Assembly (NCBI GenBank): GCA_951406725.2 | Contig: OX597814.1 | Coordinates: forward strand, 124,806,001 to 124,870,000 | DNA from: Octopus vulgaris | Taxonomy: Eukaryota | Direction: 5' to 3' | DNA: 64,000 nucleotides | Notes under the pieces: model-generated | The model's database searches: none | What the model was told of the DNA's origin: nothing | Seen by the model: the letters and a program-made list of their open reading frames with translations, nothing else | In this document: positions 1-13,020 of the stretch, piece by piece | How positions within the stretch are numbered: position 1 is the stretch's first letter | Layout of the letters: the number at the start of each line of letters is the position of its first letter | Translations under genes and position numbers: made by a program

Positions 1-354
1 TAAACTCTACAACTGAACATGTCAAAGACAGGTAGAGAGATTGGAAACCTCTTGCCAAGCATTTTTTTTTTTTTAGAGTGGTAAAATCTGAAGTAAAGTC
101 TGAACATTACTGACCTGTAATGATATGACAAAGGGCCTTCAGCATGAGGAATAGGGATCCAGATGTTGGTGGAATTTTGTCAAAAAATTGCTTCTCAACC
201 TTTCTTTGTTAGAAGTGGAAATCAATTTTCATGTGTCTGGTAGGCCCTGGTAGAAAAAGTTGTGTTTTTTTAAATTTTTTCTTGTAGTCTTTGGAGGAAC
301 AATCATTGCCTGTGACCTTGGCAGGCCCTCTCAGACCTGTCAGCTTGATGCCAC

Positions 355-600
355 AAAAGTTTTGTTCAAACTGTTGCAGGTTAAAACCTACAGTAAATAC
401 ATGAGATGAAAGATTCCAGATGGATAATGTGCTTGGGAAGAAGGATTGAGAGTATGGTTAGTGTGAAATCAAGGGGTTGGGTGTACCAAGAGGATGAAAG
501 ATGATAGGTCAAGTGGGTTGGGTAACTGAGCAGTGGATGTGCAAGACCAACCAGCATTAAAGAACAGAGGCTATCATAGTAGCATGTATAATAGATGTGA
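355..600 (-). mobile_element. Degenerate non-LTR retrotransposon ORF2 C-terminal fragment (CR1/Jockey group)
   Basis: Manual minus-strand translation with a frameshift gives CYYDSLCS...YSQSFFPSTLSIWNL.SHVF..FNLQQF, resembling the SFFPRT..LWN.LP..VF...YNL..FK C-terminal signature of CR1/Jockey-group LINEs. Confidence 0.5.
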
Positions 601-914
601 TCAAATGGGTTAAGAATATAACTCTATCTCCCCCATTAGCCCCTTATTCTTCAAGCATCTTTTGAATGGAAGATAAAGGTGGAAAGGGAGATCCTGTTTT
701 AAATAGGTAAAGAAGAAAGTCAGGTCAAAGTCACAAAATTGGTACACGAAGTTAAGGTCAAACAACTGACAAGCAAATCTGTGGTATTGAGCAAAATATA
801 TTTGCTGTAGTCCATCTTTTATACTAAGACAAAACAATGTACATTGATAACACTTCTAATCAGTTAAGATCAGAAGCCATGAGAGCTGCTGCTTGGTATT
901 GCATCAGGGCATTT

Positions 915-1335
<421 letters not shown>

Positions 1336-1875
1336 ACACTGAGCAGTGAGTCAAAAATTTGTATCACTCAGCAGCTTTATTATGTTTGTTTTCAATCGCC
1401 ATCCCTTTAAACAAAATATTTTTTTTTTCCCATTAGTATGCTTTGTCTCGTTGCAGAACAGAGAAGTGTTACTATGTGCTAGTCGTTTCATTGTTTTGGC
1501 CCTCCAGGGGCTACGTTTCATTTTTGAATCTTTGAAAATTCTCATTAAAGAAAAATATTTAATTTAATTTAATATAATATGATGCGGCTTGTTTATGCAA
1601 ATGAGAAGAAGGGGACAAGCAGAGGAAACAAGAAGAGACAGGAGGAAGCAGGGTGTGACAACTTTCTTTTCAACCGAAAATAACAGAGAAGGGGAGAAAA
1701 AAAAAAATTGTGTGATTGTGGACCCTCCCCGCCATTAATTTGAACTGTCTATGACAAAAAATCACCAGCCTCACCATCAGCATCGGCTGCAACAGTTGCA
1801 GTAATGATGCTGAAGTGGGTAGCTTCATAAAGTGATGCAGAAGGTTGTAACATCAATACTGTCATCACAACTGCC

Positions 1876-2082
1876 ATCAGCAGCAGCAGCACCACCACCA
1901 CCACCACCACTACCACAGGCACGGCCACCACCACGACCACCACCACTACCGTCACCACCATCAGCACCAGCACCAGCACCACCGTCACCACCATTGTCAC
2001 CACTGTCACCACCACCAATACCACCACCACCACCACGTCACCACCACCAGCAACACCACCACCACCACCATCACCATCACCA
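1876..2082. repeat. Degenerate (CAG)n/(ACC)n microsatellite
   Basis: Direct reading. Confidence 0.9.
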
Positions 2083-2947
2083 ATAGCACTAAAGTAACCA
2101 TTATAGCGACTGGTACTAGCAGCAACTGCAGCAGTTGCAATAATGGGAACAATAACAGCAACAGCGTCATAAAATAATTGTTTGTGGTGCAAGCGCAAAA
2201 AACTGGTGTTTAAGGAAGGGGGTTAGGGGATGATACCATTGCCCTCGCCAACCCCAGTATTTGGCTGGTGTCCTATTTTTGTCAGCCTCAAAAGATTGAA
2301 AGGCAAAGTTGATCCTAGTAAGATTTGAACTGGAATCAAAAATTGTGATTTTTTACCGAATGTTTTAATGATTCTGAAGTTCACCATCTTAGTCCTTGTA
2401 TTTGTGTTTGTTCCCACCACCATTGCATGACAATCAGTGTTGGTTTGTTTACATCCCTGTAACTAAGCAATTCAGTAAAGAGACTGACAGGATTAGTACC
2501 AGACTTAAAATTAGTATTGGGGTTGATTTGCTTCACTAAACCTTTCAATGTAGTGCTCCAGCATGACCGCAGTACAATGACTGAAACAAGTGAAAGCTAA
2601 AAGGTAAGATATAATGGTTTCAAATTTTGACACAAAGTCAGCAATTTCGTGTGAAGGGCTAAGTCAATTACATTGACCCCCCAGTGCATAACTGGTACTT
2701 ATTTTATTGACCTTGAAAGGATGAAAGGCAAAGTTGACCTTGGTAGAATTTGAACTCAGAATGTAAAGCAGTATGAAAAGGTGTACGAAATAAGGTATAA
2801 TATATAATGCCAGCACTAGGGTTGATTTCACACACTCACCATTTTTTTGGTGGGGTGGGGTTGATACCATAAAGTACCAGTTATGCACTGGTGTCAATGT
2901 AATTGACTAGACTCCTTCCCTCAAAATTTCAGGCTTTGTGCCTATAG

Positions 2948-2969
2948 TTATTATTATTATTATCTTTAA

Positions 2970-3005
<36 letters not shown>

Positions 3006-3045
3006 CATTATTTTTATTGTTATTTTTATTATTGTTATTATTATA

Positions 3046-3098
<53 letters not shown>

Positions 3099-3108
3099 CA
3101 TTATTATT
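2948..3108. repeat. (ATT)n/(ATC)n microsatellite
   Basis: Direct reading. Confidence 0.95.
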
Positions 3109-4436
3109 AAGGTGGTGAACTGGCAGAATCATTAGTGCGCTGGACAAAATGCTTAGCAGTATTTTGTCTGTCGCTATATTCTGAGTTCAAATTCTACCGA
3201 GGTTGACTTTAGCTTTCATTCTTTCGGGATTTTATTGGCCTTGAAAGGATGAAAGGCAAAGTTGACCTTTGTGGAATTTAAACTCATAATGTAAAAGAGT
3301 ATGAAAAGGTGTACGAAATAAAGTATAATAATATATAATGCCAGCACTAGGGTTGATTACACACACTCACTCTGGCTCTTTTTCTCTCCCTCTCTGGAAG
3401 ATAACGGCTGTCCAGAGGAGAAAGATGAGCTCCTCTTGGTAGTAAACTACCCATAATGTGGCATATGCTATGATGGCACTCCTATAACACCAACAAGAAT
3501 TGAGAGCCCATGGCATGGTATCTTGCATAATTTTGTAGGGACGTGGTATTATTTAATGATATTGCTCAATGAGATATTATACCCAAATGTGATAATTCTT
3601 TGATAATTCTTAACAAGAACAGCAAATCTTTTCAAACAAGATCCTTCTCAAATAGGTTCCATAAAACCTGAAATTGATTATGAAGAAAGGTTGTTGTGTC
3701 AAAGACAACCAATTTAAAGAATAGATTTAAAGGATATTAAAAGAACATTAAATTTTGAAATGCCTTTCTTAACATTACAGAAGTGTCAGCATTTACAGAT
3801 TTAGACTATTGGTTATGGGAACTGTGAAATAAATTCACAAGGTTATGAATCTGTTTAGAATAACAATCAACTATGTGTGTGAAACAGAAAAAGTTTTAAT
3901 GGCTAAATAGATAAAGTGTCACATACATTTAGTTGAATGGTTCTCACTTTATTTTCCATTATTGGAATTATACTGTATTTCTGAGACCTTCAACACTTCC
4001 AGCTTCCATTTATACTGTATATACTTGTATGATGTGTTCTACAACTTAGCTAACAGATACAGTTGTTACCTCTCACTTTCACTGACTTCTTCAGATTATG
4101 ACACAATAATATATCATTATTAAAGTGGTGAGCTGGCAGATTAATTAATTACTATGCCAGATAAGATGCTTAGCAGCTTTTCTTCTGGCTCTTTTATAAT
4201 CTGAGTTCTAATCCTGCTCAGTTTTAATCCAACTTTGCCTTTCATCCTTTCAGGATCAATAAAATACCAGTCATATACTGGGGAGTTGGTGTAATCAATT
4301 TACCCAATTGCTCACTGAAATTGCTGGCCTTGTGCCAAAATCCAAAACAACAGCGATCATCATCATCGTCATTGTCATCGTCATTATCGTCATCCTCCTC
4401 CTCCTCCTCATCATCATCATCAACAGCAGCAGGAGT

Positions 4437-4700
4437 AGAGGCGCAGTGGCCCAGTGGTTAGGGCAGTGGATTTGTGATCGTAAGAAAGCGGTTTCAATTC
4501 CCAGACCGGGCATTGTGAGTGTATGTTGAGCAAAAACATCTAAGCTCCACGAGGCTCTGGTGGGTGTGTGGGGTGAACCCCACTGTACTCTTTTGACAGA
4601 ATAAGTACTAGGCTTACAAAGAATAAGTCCTGGGGTCAACTTGCTCGACTAAAGGCAGTGCTCCAGCATGGCCACAGTCAAATGACTGAAACAAATAAAA
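4437..4700 (+). mobile_element. Chimeric tRNA-derived SINE: head of one family joined to the CORE-SINE tail
   Basis: A-box TGGCCCAGTGG and B-box-like GTTTCAATTCC; the head matches the copy at 26425-26735 and the part from about 4595 matches the tail of 49250-49672. Confidence 0.75.
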
Positions 4701-4745
4701 GCATTATTATTATTATTGTTATTATTATTATTATTATTATTATTA

Positions 4746-4955
4746 CGGCAGTGAGCTGGCAGAATCGTTAGCGTGCCAGGCAAAATACTTTACGGTATTT
4801 CATCTGTCACTATATTCTGAGTTCAAATTCCGCCGAGGTCAGCTTTGCTTTTCATCCTTTTGGGGTTGATAAAATAAGTACCAGTTATGTACTGGTGTTG
4901 ATGTAATTGACTATCCCCTTCTCCCAAATTTGAGGCCTTGTGCCTACAGTAGTAA
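4746..4955 (+). mobile_element. SINE with Nin/Deu-like central domain (representative copy; others near 2615, 3110, 4125, 5553, 5975, 35625, 38195, 57140, 57405)
   Basis: TGGCAGAATCGTTAG head, GAGTTCAAATTCC B-box, core GCTTTTCATCCTTT..GGGGTTGATAAAATAAGTACCAG shared by many copies; (ATT)n flanks. Confidence 0.85.
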
Positions 4956-4957
4956 GC

Positions 4958-5552
4958 ATTATCATTATTATTCAGTAGTCTTATTTTCATAACGTGCTTT
5001 CACTGCACTACCGAGTGCAGCTCTGTGTGCCTTGGGTATGTGCAGTGGTTTGTAGTGATGCTCTTATGGTTACTGTATTGAAAGTGTTTTGTGTAGGATG
5101 TGTGCAGTGCTCAGTAGTGCAATTTTCTGTATGTTATATATATTTGTAAGTCCTGGTGCTTTTGTTATGTATTTGTTTGAATATTTTTTTATCATGCCTA
5201 ATGCACCTACTATGATAGGAATTGTTTCTGTTTTTAGACTCCACATTCGAGTTACCTCTGTTTCCAGGTCTTTATAGTTTGAAAGTTTCTCTATTTCTTT
5301 TAGAGAAACGTTGTCATCTGTCGGTATTGATACATCAATTAGAAAGCATTTTTTCTTCATGATCTCTGACAACTATATCTGGCCTATTGGCCTTAATTTC
5401 TCTATGTGTGTATTGGTATATCCCATAGTATTGTTGCTTTTTCATTTTCTGTGACTTTTTCTGATGTGTGCTTATACCATAATTTTTCTGTTGTTACTCC
5501 ATAGTGTTGGCAGAGCTTCCAGTGTATGTAGGTCCCATCTCTGTTGTGTCTA
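4958..5552 (-). mobile_element. 5'-truncated R4/Dong-clade non-LTR retrotransposon: restriction-like endonuclease C-terminus, 3' UTR, (AAT)n tail
   Basis: Translation with frameshifts: RHN...YIHWKLCQHYG...WYKH..EKVTENEKATILWD...IKANRPDIVV...KCFLIDVSIP.D.NV..KE.EK..YKDL..E..RMW...IPIIVGALG, the PD..D/ExK endonuclease typical of R4/Dong. Confidence 0.9.
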
Positions 5553-6492
5553 GCGAGCTAGCAGAATCATCAACACTCGGCGCAAAATGCTCAGCAGTAT
5601 TTCGTCTGTCGCTATGTTCTGAGTTCAAATTCAACCGAGGTCATCTTTGCTTTTCATCCTTTTGGGGTTGATAAATAAGTACCAGTTGCATACTGGAATT
5701 GATCTAGTTGACTGGTCCCTTCCCACCAAATTTCAGGCCTTGTGCCTAAAGCAGAAAGGATTATTATTATTATTATGTTGGTTGGCGTTAGGAAGGGCAT
5801 CCAGCTGTAGAAACACTGCCCAGATCAGACTGGTACCTGGTGCAGCCTCCTGGCTTCCCAGACCCTGGTTGAACCGTCCAACCCATGCTAGCATGGAAAA
5901 TGGACGTTAAATGATGATGATGGTAATGATGATAATGATGATGATGATGATGAGGATGATGATGTTTGACTAAGATAGCAAGCTGGCAGAATCATTAGCA
6001 CGCCAGACAAAATTCTTCATAACATTTATTTTGGCTTTACATTCTGAGTTCAAATGCCACCAAGGTCATCTTTGCCTTTCATCCTCTTGGGATAAGAAAA
6101 AGAATAAGCACCATTTGAGTGTTGGAGTGTTAGTGAATGTTGCTGACAAGCCCTCTCTTCTAAAATTTTAGATCTTGTTCCTATTGTAGAATGAATTATT
6201 ATGTTTGACTCTAATAGCATGAAGATGTTTTTTGCTTCTCTCTTCAAAACATGTATTCAAACATTTCCATATGAAAATTTCTTTGGCGTACTTGTAAAAA
6301 GAACTCATTGCCTAAGGAGTGGCTGTTCTCAATAGCTGGGAGTAAACCACAAAAAGAGACATTTGTTTCACAAAATTATATTTACATGCATTATATTTTC
6401 ACATCTAAAATTGCTACTTCGTATGATTTTGCCACATGGCTAAACACAATAATAGCATAAAAAAAAAAGACACCGCATAACCAGAAACATAT

Positions 6493-7249
6493 GAAGAAGA
6501 AGAAGAAGAAGAAGAAGAAGAAGAAGAAGAAGAAGAAGAAGAAAAAGAAGAAGAAGAAAAAGAAGAAGAAAAAGAAGAAGAAGAAGTATAAGACGACGAC
6601 GATGATGATGAAGAAGAAGAAGAAGAAGAAGAAGAAGGAGGAGAAGAAGAAGAAGAAGAAGAAGAAGAAGAAGAAATATAAGATGACGACGACGATGACG
6701 AAGAAGAAAAAGAAGAAGAAGAAGAAGAAGAAGAAGGAGGAGAAGAAGAAGAAGAAGAAGAAGAAATATAAGACGACGACGACGATGATGACGAAGAAGA
6801 AGAAGAAGAAGAAGAAGAAGAAGAAGAAGAAGAAGAAGAAGAAAAAGAAGAAGACGACAAAGAAGACAAAGAAGAAGAAGAAGAAGAAGAAGAAGAAGAA
6901 GACGACGACGACAAAGAAGAAGAAGAAGAAGAAGAAGAAGAAGAAGGAGGAGGAGAAGAAGAAGAAGAAGAAGAAGAAGAAATATAAGACGACGACGACG
7001 ATGATGACGAAGAAGAAGAAGAAGAAGAAGAAGAAGAAGAAGAAGAAGAAGAAGAAGAAGAAGAAGAAGACGACAAAGAAGACAAAGAAGAAGAAGAAGA
7101 AGAAGAAGAAGAAGAAGAAGAAGAAGAAGAAGAAGAAGAAGAAGAAGAAGACGACGACGACAAAGAAGAAGAAGAAGAAGAAGAAGAAGAAGAAGAAGAA
7201 GAAGAAGAAGAAGAAGAAGAAGAAGAAGAAGAAGAAGAAGAAGAAGAAC
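6493..7249. repeat. Compound (GAA)n array with GAC/GAT/TATAA interruptions and higher-order duplication
   Basis: Direct reading. Confidence 0.97.
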
Positions 7250-7914
7250 AATGTAGCAAATTATTCATAGAAAAATGTCACAAATTCTTAGATAAATATT
7301 TTGGAAGACAGCATCTTTTATCTTTCACTTGCTTCAGTCATTGAACTGTGGCCATGGATTGTCAATGGATCGACACCTGTATCTCTACTGTTACTTATTT
7401 ATATTTATTCATGTATCATGGAATCTGCCCGTCATAATTATTATGGACTGTATATTTAGTATAATGTATGTGTCTGGATAAATCAAGAGTGAATTTCTTC
7501 ACTCAGCTGGGTCTAATTGTCTACATACATTGCAGAAATATCATCCATCCAGTACTTATGTACCAAGTTTGATATTTACTTAATGTTGTGTGTGTATATT
7601 ATTCTGACCTAACAAGATGTCTCAATTTAAGTACCAAATTCAACTCAATCTTATATATATGTAAGTATATGTATATATGTATATAATTTAGAGAAGAACC
7701 TCCATTAAACAATTTGATAATGAAAGATGTTATTCACACCATATAGAAAACATATACTATAAAAACCTTATTCTAAAAATCAATAAAGTACAAAAACAAT
7801 AAATAGTAAATAGTAGTAAAAGGGCTATGCACATTTTGTGGCTATATTTTCAAATAGATAATAATAAAAAAAAATCAATTCGATTTAAAATTAAATCGAT
7901 CTAATATATATATA

Positions 7915-8131
7915 TATATATCACCATCACCATCATTGTTTAGTGTCCGTTTTCCATGCTGGCATAGATTGGACAGTTTGACTGAGGTCTGGAAAGCCAG
8001 TGGCTGCACCAGGCTCCAATGTGATCCGGCAATGTTTCTACAGCTGTATGCCCTTCCTAACGTCAACCACTCCAAGAGTGTGGTGGGTGCTTTTTACATT
8101 CCACTGGCACAGGAGCCAGCAAGATGGCCCT

Positions 8132-8135
<4 letters not shown>
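7915..8135 (-). mobile_element. RTE LINE 3' UTR fragment inside (TA)n (representative; similar pieces near 5777, 10351, 17695, 23530, 34270, 34398, 40560, 43975, 47640, 51455, 58210)
   Basis: Matches the 3' UTR downstream of the RTE ORF at 43040; (TA)n on both sides. Confidence 0.85.
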
Positions 8136-8181
<46 letters not shown>

Positions 8182-8732
8182 GGGAGAGAGAGAGAGAGAG
8201 GGAGAGAGATACATACATACATACATAAAGATATAGATATAAATGTGAAGGGCTTCTTTCAGTTTCCATCTACCAAATCTACTCACAAGGCTTTGGTCAG
8301 CCTGAGGCTATAGTAGAAGACACTTGCCCAAGGTGCCATGCAGTGACACCGAACCTGGAACTATGTGGTTAGGAGGCAAACTTCTCACCACACAGCTATG
8401 CCTGTTTCAACGAATGTAAGTCAACAAATGTTAAAAATATTGAACAGAAATTCTGAAAAAGGAGGATTGGGGGTCTTGTGATTAGTTTAGCACCTCGAAG
8501 CAGAAACATTAAATGGGTAAGGAATGGAAAAGAATTGGATGTGTGTAAATATATTACATAAGTTGTCTTGGAATAAATTTCTGAAGGTATAAAATTTGTT
8601 CTATAAATGTTTAGCGTGCTTTTTGCATTTACTTTCATTTTCTAAACTGGAAAGTTGATCTTTTTGTTGTTCTGAAATGTAACAACAATTCAGTTTGGTG
8701 TGGTGTTACTTTAGGTAAACTAAGACAGGTTG

Positions 8733-8770
8733 CTAAATTAGGAAAGTTATAAATATATTTGCATTCTGTT
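8733..8770 (-). CDS. Candidate terminal coding exon of the minus-strand host gene
   Basis: Strong acceptor TTTTTCTTTTTATTTCAG in non-repeat DNA. A phase-1 join to exon 17037-17136 gives EQNANIFITFLI*; another frame is open for about 45 codons (TECKYIYNFPNLATCLSLPKVTPHQTELLLHFRTTKRSTFQFRK*). Confidence 0.35.
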
Positions 8771-10127
8771 CTGAAATAAAAAGAAAAATTCTAGCTGAAG
8801 TTTAGAAAATACGTCTGTGAATCTTTGAAGTTTTGCTTGAAATGCCAAGTAAAGAAAACTTCATCTTTTTTTTATTCATTTATTCATTTACTTGTTTCAT
8901 TTATTTGACTGCGGCCATGCTGGAGCACTGCTTTTAGTTGAATAGCACTTATTCTAGAGTTAGGGTTAGGGTTAGCCAAACTGGTAAGTTTCAGTGATAT
9001 AAACACACCAGCATTGGTTGTCAAGCGATGGTGGGGGGACAGACACACAAACATATACACATATATACATAGAAGTTCATCATATATATATATATATATG
9101 TTTGTTAATGTCTCATTTATACCTGCAATATATTGCTAATATAGGTTAAATGAGACATACTTATCTGCATGGCTGAAACAGCTGTCAGTTATAATGTATA
9201 TGTATTTTTATATCTTTTTATATTTATTTAGTTATATCTCATTATAATGATTGTAATTATTGTACTGTATTAATGTCTAATCTTAATGCTCTTGTGTAGT
9301 GTTTTAATAAAGTATGTGATTCGGTATTATCTGATAGTTGATGAATGATTTAGATATATTTCTCCATTTTCTTATTTTGTATATATATATATATATATAT
9401 ATGATGATGAACTTCTTTCAGTTTCCCTCTACGAAATCCACTCACAAGGCTTTGGTGAGCCTGATGCTAGAGTAGAAGATACTTGCCCAAGGTGCCACAC
9501 AGTGGGACTGAACCCAGAACCATTTGGTTGGTAAGCAAGCGACTTACCACACAGCCACTCCTGCATCCAGTATTCATCAATTTTATTGTAAAACTAAATT
9601 CAGAATACTCAAAGGAACAGTTCTTGTTAGGTAATGGTGACCTAGTTAATTAAGTATCTTTTGTCTTCTACCTTTTACTTAAGTCAGTCATTGGACTACA
9701 GCCATGCTGGAGCACCATCTTGAAGGATTTTACTTGACTCCAGCACTTATTCTTTAAAAGACTGGTACTTATTATATTGGTCACTTTTTGCTGAAAGGCT
9801 AAGTAAGCAAATAAATACAGGTTAAGCCTTGTGAGTGGATTTGGTAGATGGAAACTGAAAGAAGCCCATCATATATATTTATATATATGTATATGTGTGT
9901 GTATGTGTTTGTGTGTCTGTGTTTGTTACCCCCCCCCAACATCGCTTGACAACTGATGGTGGTGTGTTTACGTCCCTGTAACTTAGTGGTTCAGCAAAGG
10001 AGACTTATAGAATAAGTACTAGGCGTACAAAGAATAAGTCCTGGGATCGATCGGCTTGACTTAAGGCGGTGCTCCAGCATGGCCACAGTCAAATGACTGA
10101 AACAAGTAAAAGAGTAAAGAGTAAAGA

Positions 10128-10166
<39 letters not shown>

Positions 10167-10839
10167 CACACATATACTCACACTCACACACACACACACA
10201 TTTTTATACATACATAGATATATATGTTTTCTGTAGCGAGTAAATAAAATGTGGAAATCGACGATTTAAAAGTCTGTTATCAGCATATTGACAGAGAAAT
10301 AATTTTCTTTAGCCCTTATCTATAAGTTGTATATATATATATATATATATAAAGCACCTGCTGCACTCTTGGAGTGGTTGGTGCTAGAAAGGGCATCCAG
10401 GTGTAGAAACTTTGCCAGATTGGATTGAAGCCTGGTGCAGCCTTCTGGGTTGCCAGCCCTCAGTCAAACCGTCCAACCCATGCCAGCATCGAAAGTGGAC
10501 GTTAAACGACGACGATGATGATGATATATGAAACTTGCTTCCTAAACACATGGCTCCGGGTTCAGTCCCACTGCATGGCACCTTGGGCGAGTGTATTTTA
10601 CTATAGATTCTGGCCAACCAAAGCATTGTCAGTGGATTTGGTAGGCAGAAACTGAAAGAAGCCCATTGTGTATATATACACACACATGTATGTATGAATT
10701 TGTGTGTCTCTGTTTGTCCCCACACCATCACTTGACAATCAATGTTGGTGTGTTTACATCTCAGTAACATAGCAGATCAGTAAAAGAGACCAATAGAATA
10801 AATACTAAGCTTACAAAGAATAAGTCTTGGCATTGATTT

Positions 10840-10881
<42 letters not shown>

Positions 10882-10936
10882 AAGTAAAAAGTAAAAGAGT
10901 CAAAAGGAAGAGCAAGAACGGTTAGGCATCTTTTTA

Positions 10937-11055
10937 ATCGCAACAAATATTTCGATATATACAGATCCTCGTATATACAAGATTTAAAGTTGAGTTTAAA
11001 TTAAATTATGTAATGATTTGCCAGATTAAGATCTATATGTACCTCCTCAAGCGAT
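10937..11055 (-). ncRNA. Degenerate type I hammerhead-ribozyme motif (Penelope-type end)
   Basis: Minus strand: stem I ATCGC/GCGAT, core TTGAGGA (CUGANGA with C>U), 14-bp stem II GGTACATATAGATC/GATCTGTATATATC (two G-U pairs, one mismatch), GAAA, short stem III, GTT at the cleavage position. Confidence 0.5.
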
Positions 11056-11297
11056 ACTCAGTTGCTGTTTCGGCAAGTAAATCTAGATTTCCATGCTACA
11101 ACATCCATGGCTTCTTTGTTGAAACTTTTTATTTTCACACACGAGGAATACCTAAGACTAGAATTGGTAGCATACCATAAGAATACTACCAGCTACTTGG
11201 GAATTCTAAGGGTGAATTAGCTCTATTTGTACTCTTATATGTTCATAACAGAACACGCCTCAACTATATATATATATATAAATAATATATATATATT

Positions 11298-11366
<69 letters not shown>

Positions 11367-11842
11367 TGTTGTGTCTGGGGAGAATCATTTTCTTTTTGTG
11401 GCTTATAATTTAACACACTGGTAAAATTTCCACCTATTTTCTCGAAATTTTGCATCTTGCAACCTTTTCAATACACTTGACTCTGTCTGTTATTTACACT
11501 ACGCTCCTTTTTGTTTGTTTTTGCACATGTGTGTGTTTTGCAACTATGTACCATGTTTGTATGTATGGATGTGCATCTCCATATGTGTGGACACATGTCT
11601 CCATATGTGTCCTTGTGTGAAGTAAAGTGTGTGTGTATATATGGTCATGTGTTTCAGTCTCCATTTGCTTATGTATGCTTGTCTGTTCATATGTACCTAT
11701 CTGTTTGTATGTTGATCTGTTTATTTTCATATCCATATGCTTGCATACATGTGCATATACACACACATACATACATCTATCTACATAACAGCCCACTAAC
11801 TATTCTATTCTACACATGTAAACTGTGGGTATGGGGTACATG

Positions 11843-12317
11843 CCACCTCGACTGGCTTCTGTGCCGGTAGCACATAAAAAGCACCATCTGAATGTGGCCG
11901 ATGCCAGCGCCGCCCTGACTGGCTTCTGTACCGGTGGCACATAAAAAGCACCGTCCGAACGTGGCCGATGCCAGTGCTGCCGCGACTGGCTCCAGTGCCG
12001 GTGGCACATAAAAAGCACCATCCAAACGTGGCCGTTGCCAGCATTGCCTTGGCTGGCTTCCGTGCCGGTGACATGTTAAATGCTCCAACCGATCGTGGCC
12101 GATGCCGGATCTCTCTGGCACCTGTGCAGGTGGCACGTAAAGAGCACCCACTACACTCGTGGAGTGGTTGGCGTTAGGAAGGGCATCCAGCTGTAGAAAC
12201 TCTACCAGATCAGACTGGAGCCTGGTGCAGCCCCTGGCTTCCCAGACCCCGGTCGAACCGTCCAACCCGTGCTAGCACGGAAAACGGACGTTAAATGATG
12301 ATGATGATGATGATGAT
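11843..12317 (+). mobile_element. RTE LINE 3' UTR copy with internal tandem units of about 67 bp and a (GAT)n tail
   Basis: GCACATAAAAAGCACC recurs near 11870, 11937 and 12004; shared RTE 3' end; CpG-rich, so relatively young. Confidence 0.85.
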
Positions 12318-13020
12318 TTTCTATTTAGTATTGGGGAAGTTTCATTTATAAGGACGTACTCCTGTATTTGTTTGAGTGTTGGGTCTTTTGGGTGTTTGGA
12401 TAATATGCGGATGTCAAGTTGACCCAGGTTGCCTCCATGTTGGTAGAGTATGGAGGACTGTTTTGTGTTGTCATATTGTCTCAGATGTTCATTTAGTCAT
12501 TTCGCAGTGGTCCTAGATGTCTTCCCTATGTATGTCATGTTCATGTCTTTACAAACAACTTCTATGCACCTTACACTGTAAACTACATTTCTAGTTCTAC
12601 AGTTAATGTCAGGGCTAATCCTACATACCCTGCAGTTATTATTGGTGCATATGGTATTCTCAAAGGGGTATGTCCTACATAGTTGTGATCTGACGGAGTT
12701 CCCTGGCTTTTCAACAATCTTAATGTTGAGTTTGGTCTCCTTCAGAGCTTTTCTAAATCTATGGGCTAGTTCTCCATGGGCTGTGGCCTCTACAAACATC
12801 ACTCCTTGATATTTGTCGGTTTTATACCACGTGTTTGCCCTGTTTGCTTTGTCACAAGTTTTTTGTATCCTATTCCATTCTTTGTTTCTAAACAACTTGT
12901 ATCATTACGTATAATGTTATCTAATTTCTTTTTAGCACTCCTGTTTACTCGAACCCTATTTTTCTGATCAAATCCAGAGAACTGCATGTGGTGCATGAAG
13001 TTCTGTGTAAGTTTTTCGTT
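12318..13020 (-). mobile_element. Penelope-like element fragment: RT C-terminal region plus GIY-YIG endonuclease (pseudogenised)
   Basis: FMHHMQFSGF..R...; CRTRNVVYSVRC..C....YIGKTSRTTAK*LNEH...PTLKQIQE.VLINE..PILNRK. The VY/YIG motifs, the catalytic Arg position (now TGA), EH and the E...LN ending match the GIY-YIG domain of Penelope-like elements. Confidence 0.88.
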
